This document shows positions 37,001 to 41,703 of a stretch of 41,703 bases of DNA, in pieces (position 1 is the stretch's first letter; the number at the start of each line of letters is the position of its first letter). A model generated the notes under the pieces. That model had not been told where the DNA came from. It searched no databases and saw nothing but the letters and a program-made list of their open reading frames with translations. The stretch comes from Catajapyx aquilonaris (lineage: Eukaryota), in contig KZ538205.1 in assembly GCA_000934665.2 (NCBI GenBank), forward strand, positions 62,001-103,703. Reading direction: 5' to 3'. The position numbers and the translations under genes were made by a program.

Positions 37001-38892
37001 GCGTCAATAATTATTATATCGATATCTCCAATTACTTGTGATATTCGGAATACTACTTGATAGGATATTTCCTCATTTTCCGTTTATCAAATCAGACATT
37101 TAGTATCAAAGTTTAATACCATGGCAGTTTAGTTGGAGCACTGTAATAGCAAAAAGTAGATGAAGCAGTAAATAGCCAGAGTAGCATATACTGTACACAT
37201 ACAGCATAATGGAGCACTCTCTGTACAGAGGAACTTCGGGGCAAATCTATTCTTATACACAGGTAGGCTATGTACTCATTTTCCAGTTCGTATCTTAAGA
37301 TAAAAGAAGACATGTTTGTATGCTTGAGTTGATAAGTTAATTTTTTGTATTAATTATATCTGAAAGTGTCCCAAATAAAATGTTGACTGGTTTGGAAACA
37401 GTCCACTGTCTATGTTAGCTTAGTGCAGTCGCTGGAAATACTCTCTATGAAGGAGTAAAGGTCAACTGGCCCGTGGTCATCACATTTTCCAGTTAGTCAC
37501 TCTTTTTAATGAGGATGGAAATGTTTGGTGGTTTTGTCCACAGTAAAATACGCAGGAGTTAGTATCGCGCGAAATAATCTGCTGTGCCTCTTGCTGTTTG
37601 CCAATTTTGGCATGTTTAATTAATGTTGTCAGAAATTAAGGGGGATTACTTATATAACTAGTTTTTTATGGGAGGTATAGTAGTCTTAATGAATGTAATG
37701 TGCAGTAATTTGTACACAACTGTCTTAACTAACCCTCAAGGGGTGAGCCTAATTATGAACTAATTTACTACATGAATTGTAAAATTCATGTAGCAAATGT
37801 ATTTGCCAACTTCTTTTTCAAGTAGTCTTTTTCAGTAGTAGATGGTGATGATGATGATGATTTTTCAAGTAGGTTATGCAATATTTTCATTTAATCATTG
37901 CTATATAAACTCCTCTCTTTGGCAAGGGGAAGATTTGATCCACGTTACTCTGGCTAACACATTCAAGATAGAAGCCTACAGCTCCAGCGCAGGCTATAAT
38001 GTAACACACTTGAATTCCAATCAGTGCGATATGTACGAGAGATAGAAACTTGCCGAATGAAGCACCACGTGTGATGGTAGCTGATTTTCCAGTCACATTT
38101 TGCTCAAAATTGAGTGACGCATCGTGTAAAAATTGTTACAGGAATACAATCATTCTACCGTATAGTCTAGTTACTTTTCTGCAAGAGCAGTTACAATCCT
38201 ATAAGAAATTAAGGAATACTAGAAAAAAATGATTTCATAACACATAATACAATCTTCAGATCTTCACATTTTATCTCGATGTCATTGTAATGATTGTCAG
38301 ATTGTTTTAGGCTTTATTTTGTTCGGCTTGCGTCACACTAAGCGTCTCCTATATCCTTATGTGAACCATAGATGTGAACTAAAGAAAATAAAAGTAACGC
38401 TTTGTCGCTGACTCGAGATGAATTTCAGAGAAAATTAATCGTGTCTTTTGGAAATTGCGACTGTTTATTTTAAGTCTATTAAACGGAGATTATTTTTCTA
38501 CTACTGGGCACAGCTCTGGGATGTCTTAAATGGCGGCACAAAATAATATAAATTGTAGCACGTGATTGCCATTTTCCTGCATCAGTTTCTCATTTCACCT
38601 CGCAGAACACTGACTTTCAAACTTCATTAGTCAAAACAAGCCCTTTATAAATAGTGGAAGACGTTGTGTCAAGCCTGTCGCCCTGACACCAGAGATAAGA
38701 CGCTTTGGTATAGTGCCAACCTTGTGTGTATAGCTCCTCTAGTCGCTGATTCTCCAGTTGGACGTAGTTGTCCCTAATCCTGGCGGCTCTGAAGCCACCC
38801 TTGATAGCCACGGAAAGAAGGACGTAGAGTCCCAGGAAAAGCCAAGGCACCGACTTTACATTTCCATTGCTCCTCCGTTGAGTTTTTCCCAT
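30655..38892 (-). CDS. NCKX: K+-dependent Na+/Ca2+ exchanger (NCKX/SLC24 family), 8 exons, 556 aa
   Basis: Exons 38892-38721, 34588-34364, 34262-34075, 33897-33618, 32843-32700, 32617-32408, 31179-31078 and 31004-30655 sum to 1671 nt with consistent phases and no internal stop. Alpha-1 repeat DVAGATFMAAATSAPELF...GVGTIVGSAVFNIL, WWPLTRD, IPDCR, alpha-2 repeat [18 protein letters not shown]...SNSIGSNTFDILLCLGLPW, C-terminal VNLPTC. Confidence 0.95.
31078..31179 (-). CDS. NCKX: NCKX exon 7 (alpha-2 repeat)
   Basis: ttccag|GC...CAAG|gtgaga; [35 protein letters not shown]. Missed by the ORF track. Confidence 0.95.
32261..32327 (+). mobile_element. tRNA-derived SINE head remnant
   Basis: A-box-like AGCTCGGTTTAGAGC and B-box-like AGTTCGATTCC (32306-32316) at tRNA-like spacing, with no intact cloverleaf. 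Confidence 0.45.
32408..32617 (-). CDS. NCKX: NCKX exon 6
   Basis: ccgcag|TG...ATTG|gtaatt; WIVTWPINLGFFLTIPDCR...YMVAWMMTIIG. Confidence 0.95.
32700..32843 (-). CDS. NCKX: NCKX exon 5 (cytoplasmic loop)
   Basis: ccgcag|GT...GAGA|gtacgt; 144-bp phase 1-1 open exon, GDAENGRPVLH...LMEEEKLDEE. Confidence 0.85.
33618..33897 (-). CDS. NCKX: NCKX exon 4
   Basis: caag|GTC...AATG|gtaagg; VIQLDWWPLTRDC...DSKVEWWES...PLLGKNG. Confidence 0.92.
34075..34262 (-). CDS. NCKX: NCKX exon 3 (alpha-1 repeat)
   Basis: gccag|AT...CAG|gtaacc; DLELSSDVAGATFMAAATSAPELF...AVFNILAVAACCGLCTNQ. Confidence 0.95.
34364..34588 (-). CDS. NCKX: NCKX exon 2 (ends at a GC donor)
   Basis: ttcacag|AG...GATG|gcaagt; RHLL...NCTPPSIFDFPNDFFSQEERKQGGVLFH...LAIICDDYFVPALERLCD. 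Confidence 0.92.
34801..35396. mobile_element. Non-autonomous piggyBac-type element (MITE) in NCKX intron 1
   Basis: TTAA on both flanks (34797-34800, 35397-35400); ends CCCTTAATTGGTATC...GATGCCAGTTAAGGG (13/15 TIR); three copies of the palindrome TGGGGTCC-N5-GGACCCCA (34817, 34999, 35333). Confidence 0.9.
35600..36300 (-). mobile_element. Decayed CR1-like LINE RT relic
   Basis: CLGLLQSALDTLTRC (LQ.DLD.L..W), IKSVKKYR...D..LS and DTIIIIFKTI occur in order; this explains the 35922-36308 ORF. Confidence 0.4.
36800..37750 (+). mobile_element. Possible decayed LINE RT relic
   Basis: CGFK, SSYLK...FV, SVPNKMLTG (GVPQGS-like) and VKYAGVSI (VKYLG+.+D-like, 37543-37566) occur in order. Confidence 0.35.
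38721..38892 (-). CDS. NCKX: NCKX exon 1 (start codon, N-terminal hydrophobic/signal segment)
   Basis: gaaATGG start context; MGKTQRRSNGNVKSVPWLFLGLYVLLSVAIKGG...LYTQ, then a phase-1 donor CAAG|gttggc matching the phase-1 acceptor of exon 2. Confidence 0.75.
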
Positions 38893-40104
38893 TTCAGTGA
38901 ATGCGGTCCAGATGAGTACCCTCCTCTCTGCTGCTCCGAGTTGCTCAGTACTACGTCTTCAAATTATTGGTAATGTCTGGGGGATATGTCCGCTCTGTCT
39001 GTTGCTTCTTCCTCGGATGGAACGGTGTGGATGCTGTCCAGGCAACAGGCCAGCTAATAAAAGGACCCCTGATCTGTGCCTGTGTTCCTTTTACCTCCAA
39101 CCCCCCTTCATTGCGACACGTCCACCAGATAGATAATAGGTCCTTGTGCTTTGCTTGCTGCATATCGCTCTTATCTTCGTTCCCCCACTGGAACGTCCAG
39201 TTAGGCCATGTAGAGCCTGCTGTGATGGTGTGAGCATGTCGCACTTTATTTACCCATCGTCTGTCAAAATTGGGTCGAATTAATCGCTCGAATATGCTGG
39301 AAAGACCAATTTTGTGGGACTGTTTAAGTTGATGAGTCACAAAAATTATGTAGCCTAATTGCCAAGGGCTTTCTACACCTTGATAGCAAAGTCCGGAGTG
39401 TTATCGATGTTATCGATTGATTACAAATAATAGGTGTCGGTAATCTCTTGGATGGTAGTGTACAGTATATATCACTCGATTGGAATGAACATGCCATGAT
39501 CATAATCTTGTCCGCTACCATTTTGATTTGTAATATTTGTACAAGCAACGTTGCAAAACCATTACCCAGCAGTGAATCATTCTTCCGCTATAGAAATGTA
39601 TCAGAGGATGAGCACACGATCTACGAAACTTTGCAATGCTGTGTGCCATCACTATAATTATGAAAGCAATATTCTTCATCCAACCCATTCAATTACTGCA
39701 CCCGTGCTACGGACTGCATGACCGTACAAAATGTTCAGCTTTATAGATTTAATATTGCTACAAACATTTAGCTGTAAAAATCATTTTATGACTCAGTTTC
39801 TTTCTGCTAGGTATATTTATAGGTGCATATAAATTACAGCTGCTTTTATGCTCTTGAATGAATGAAGCACCCTTTTATTCAGACTGTGAATGAAACTGAA
39901 TAATGGCAAGGAAACACTTGGTAGCAACTACCAGCACGCGAAGATTTTGCTTCAATAATAGCCACGGTCTTGCGCAATCTTTTCTGTTGGTTTGCTGGTA
40001 GGTTGCTGGGACCCTAGGGCAAACAATCCGTACGTTTATTCCTCCCGCCAGCCATGTGGTGGTTTGGACGGTGGCGCCCCTAGGCCGACAGAGTGCGGCA
40101 CTAC

Positions 40105-40116
40105 GAGCACGTGCTC
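40105..40116. promoter_or_regulatory. Palindromic E-box GAGCACGTGCTC upstream of the plus-strand gene
   Basis: Perfect 12-bp palindrome with a CACGTG core in a GC-rich patch next to the MITE insertion site; function inferred only. Confidence 0.3.
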
Positions 40117-40159
40117 TCCTCTGTGGTGACATCACTCGGTGGTGCGCGTGACCACCCAA

Positions 40160-40830
40160 CAGTGTTACCAGATGTACCATAATTATGGTATTCATACCAT
40201 AATTTCGGGTTCCGTACCATGTACCATAATGGTACGCAAAAAGTACCATTATTTTCTCAAGTCCAATGTTAAAGCCGGTATCCACGTTAGAGTTTCTCTC
40301 ACAAGAGTCCTCTTACGCGAGAAATCTTGTACGTCGAGACGGACTCTTTGACGCCTCAGGGCCCCTCTTGTCCCTCTAAAAGGGGATTAAAGTTGAAAAT
40401 TTTCAACTTTTCCTCTTTCCTCGTATCCGGGCATGCGCAGTTGGCTCCTCTTATGAGAGAAAACTCTTACGTCGGTACCGGCTTTTACTCTGTAATTCCA
40501 CTTCCATGAAAAAAGTGATACCAATTTAACCACATATACACCTATTCAAATCTCCCAGTAGGTTACATTCACCAAAACTTGTGTGACCTTGAACCCAAAA
40601 AAAATTCGCCTGCGGCGCGCTTTTCCCTCCCCGTGAGTACTTTACTACTTATTCCCCGGTTTCGACTACTTTATCATGTTTAACTTTTTAATTATACGGC
40701 TATTTAAATTTAAATTGTCTTTAATTAACATTAATTACGCCATTTTTGAAATGTACCATCTTTTCCGGAAAAGTACCATTTATATCGAGGGTTGGTACCA
40801 TTAAGTCGATCTCACGATCTGGCAACTCTG
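40160..40830. mobile_element. hAT-superfamily MITE with an 8-bp TSD
   Basis: TIRs CAGTGTTACCAGAT and ATCTGGCAACTCTG (12/14); exact TSD CCACCCAA at 40152-40159 and 40831-40838; seven subterminal GTACCAT copies clustered at both ends; no ORF of substance. Confidence 0.93.
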
Positions 40831-40969
40831 CCACCCAACACCATCTCACGGACCATCTGTTTGCTGTAGGATCACCAACCAGCCAGCCAGCCAACCAGGC
40901 AACCACTGGCAACCAGCCAAGAGTATGTCGGCGGACTCTGTTGCTGGTCGTGTTGGTAGTTGCATCAAG

Positions 40970-41154
40970 ATGGCAGGGTCTATGATAGGCGGGCCCGTAC
41001 TGTTCTGCATGGTCATCCTGTTCTGCCTGTTCCTTCTGTCTCTCGGGGCGCCGAACGATACCCTGGACTGCAAGCAGAGTGGGCCATGCACGTGCGTCTT
41101 TCAGAATGGGACCGCCTTCAACCTCACCAGTTTGGCCTCCACTAGTGGAGCTCC
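40970..41154 (+). CDS. Exon 1 of a signal-peptide protein resembling mannose-6-phosphate-receptor-homology (CD-MPR/ATG27-like) proteins
   Basis: aagATGG start (an in-frame upstream ATG lies at 40925); MAGSMIGGPVLFCMVILFCLFLLSLGA signal peptide, then CKQSGPCTCVFQNGTAFNLTSL; donor CC|gtgagt. Confidence 0.85.
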
Positions 41155-41211
41155 GTGAGTGACCTTCTGCCTCCGCTTGCACTGCTCACTCATGCTGACC
41201 TCACTCCACAG

Positions 41212-41302
41212 GTTCGAAGTGATAGATGATCCTAGTGGCAACAGCTTCTTCTACAACCCCTGCTTAGACTTCAGTCTGGGCCAGGACTGCAAAAATGTGG
41301 CG
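41212..41302 (+). CDS. Exon 2 of the MRH/ATG27-like gene; gene continues beyond the right edge
   Basis: 57-bp intron with a ctgac branch site and ccacag acceptor; PFEVIDDPSGNSFFYNPCLDFSLGQDCKNVA|gtgagc. The xLxxL...YNPC...C pattern is typical of MRH-domain starts. Confidence 0.85.
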
Positions 41303-41703
41303 GTGAGCATGGTCGGCTAGGAACTCACACTGGCATGTGTTTGATTCTCAGAACCTCTAACAAGCAGTCGGCTCAACTATTATTGTCTGTTGATTTTGTG
41401 ATGCAGTAATGTGACACACAGTTCAAGACATCAGTTGAGGGGAAGGGCATGGTTATTCTCTGTGAGAGTTTCCACACTTCATCTGCAAGGGGTGAACATC
41501 AGCTGCACGATCTTGTGAATCATGCACAAACTTCTTATTCCTGTTGTACAGTGCTGGACATATTAGCCGTCGCTGAATGTTTTTTTCCGGCGGCTGAGGC
41601 GGCGGTGTTACCTGGCAACCCTGTCCGGCGGGCCAATTCAAACATCAGCCCATGGAGAGCGCTTCCATTGTTGCCACTGTTTACAAATCGAGTGAGTGAG
41701 TGC

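Noticed and set aside
40721..41182. 153-aa minus-strand ORF
   Set aside because: Antisense to exon 1 of the plus-strand gene and runs into the hAT MITE; no independent coding features.

Overview
Eukaryotic, AT-rich genomic DNA, most likely from an arthropod (insect-like NCKX subfamily motifs, TCAGT initiators), with one 9-N gap. The six-frame ORF track is mostly noise; manual splicing gives three protein-coding genes. (1) The 5' end of a minus-strand secreted or membrane protein gene: an 8-codon first exon at 18067-18044, a 15.6 kb intron and a 240-bp second exon at 2416-2177. It resembles the extended N-terminus of calcitonin-receptor-like class B GPCRs and runs off the left edge. (2) A complete 8-exon minus-strand K+-dependent Na+/Ca2+ exchanger (NCKX/SLC24, 556 aa, 38892-30655) with a GC-AG intron, an in-frame stop-free intron and a variant alpha-2 ion-binding repeat. 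(3) The first two exons of a plus-strand signal-peptide protein resembling mannose-6-phosphate-receptor-homology (MRH/ATG27-like) proteins, starting at about 40970, divergent from NCKX and running off the right edge. Non-coding space holds a hAT MITE with a perfect 8-bp TSD in the promoter of gene 3, a TTAA piggyBac-type MITE in NCKX intron 1, a small Tc1/mariner-type MITE, a ~650-bp degenerate palindrome, a TSD-flanked retroposon tail, SINE fragments and about ten heavily decayed LINE relics. I found no CRISPR array, intact transposase, rRNA or tRNA, and nothing I can defend as a wholly new system. The best leads are the hidden GPCR-like gene and the NCKX splicing and ion-site oddities.
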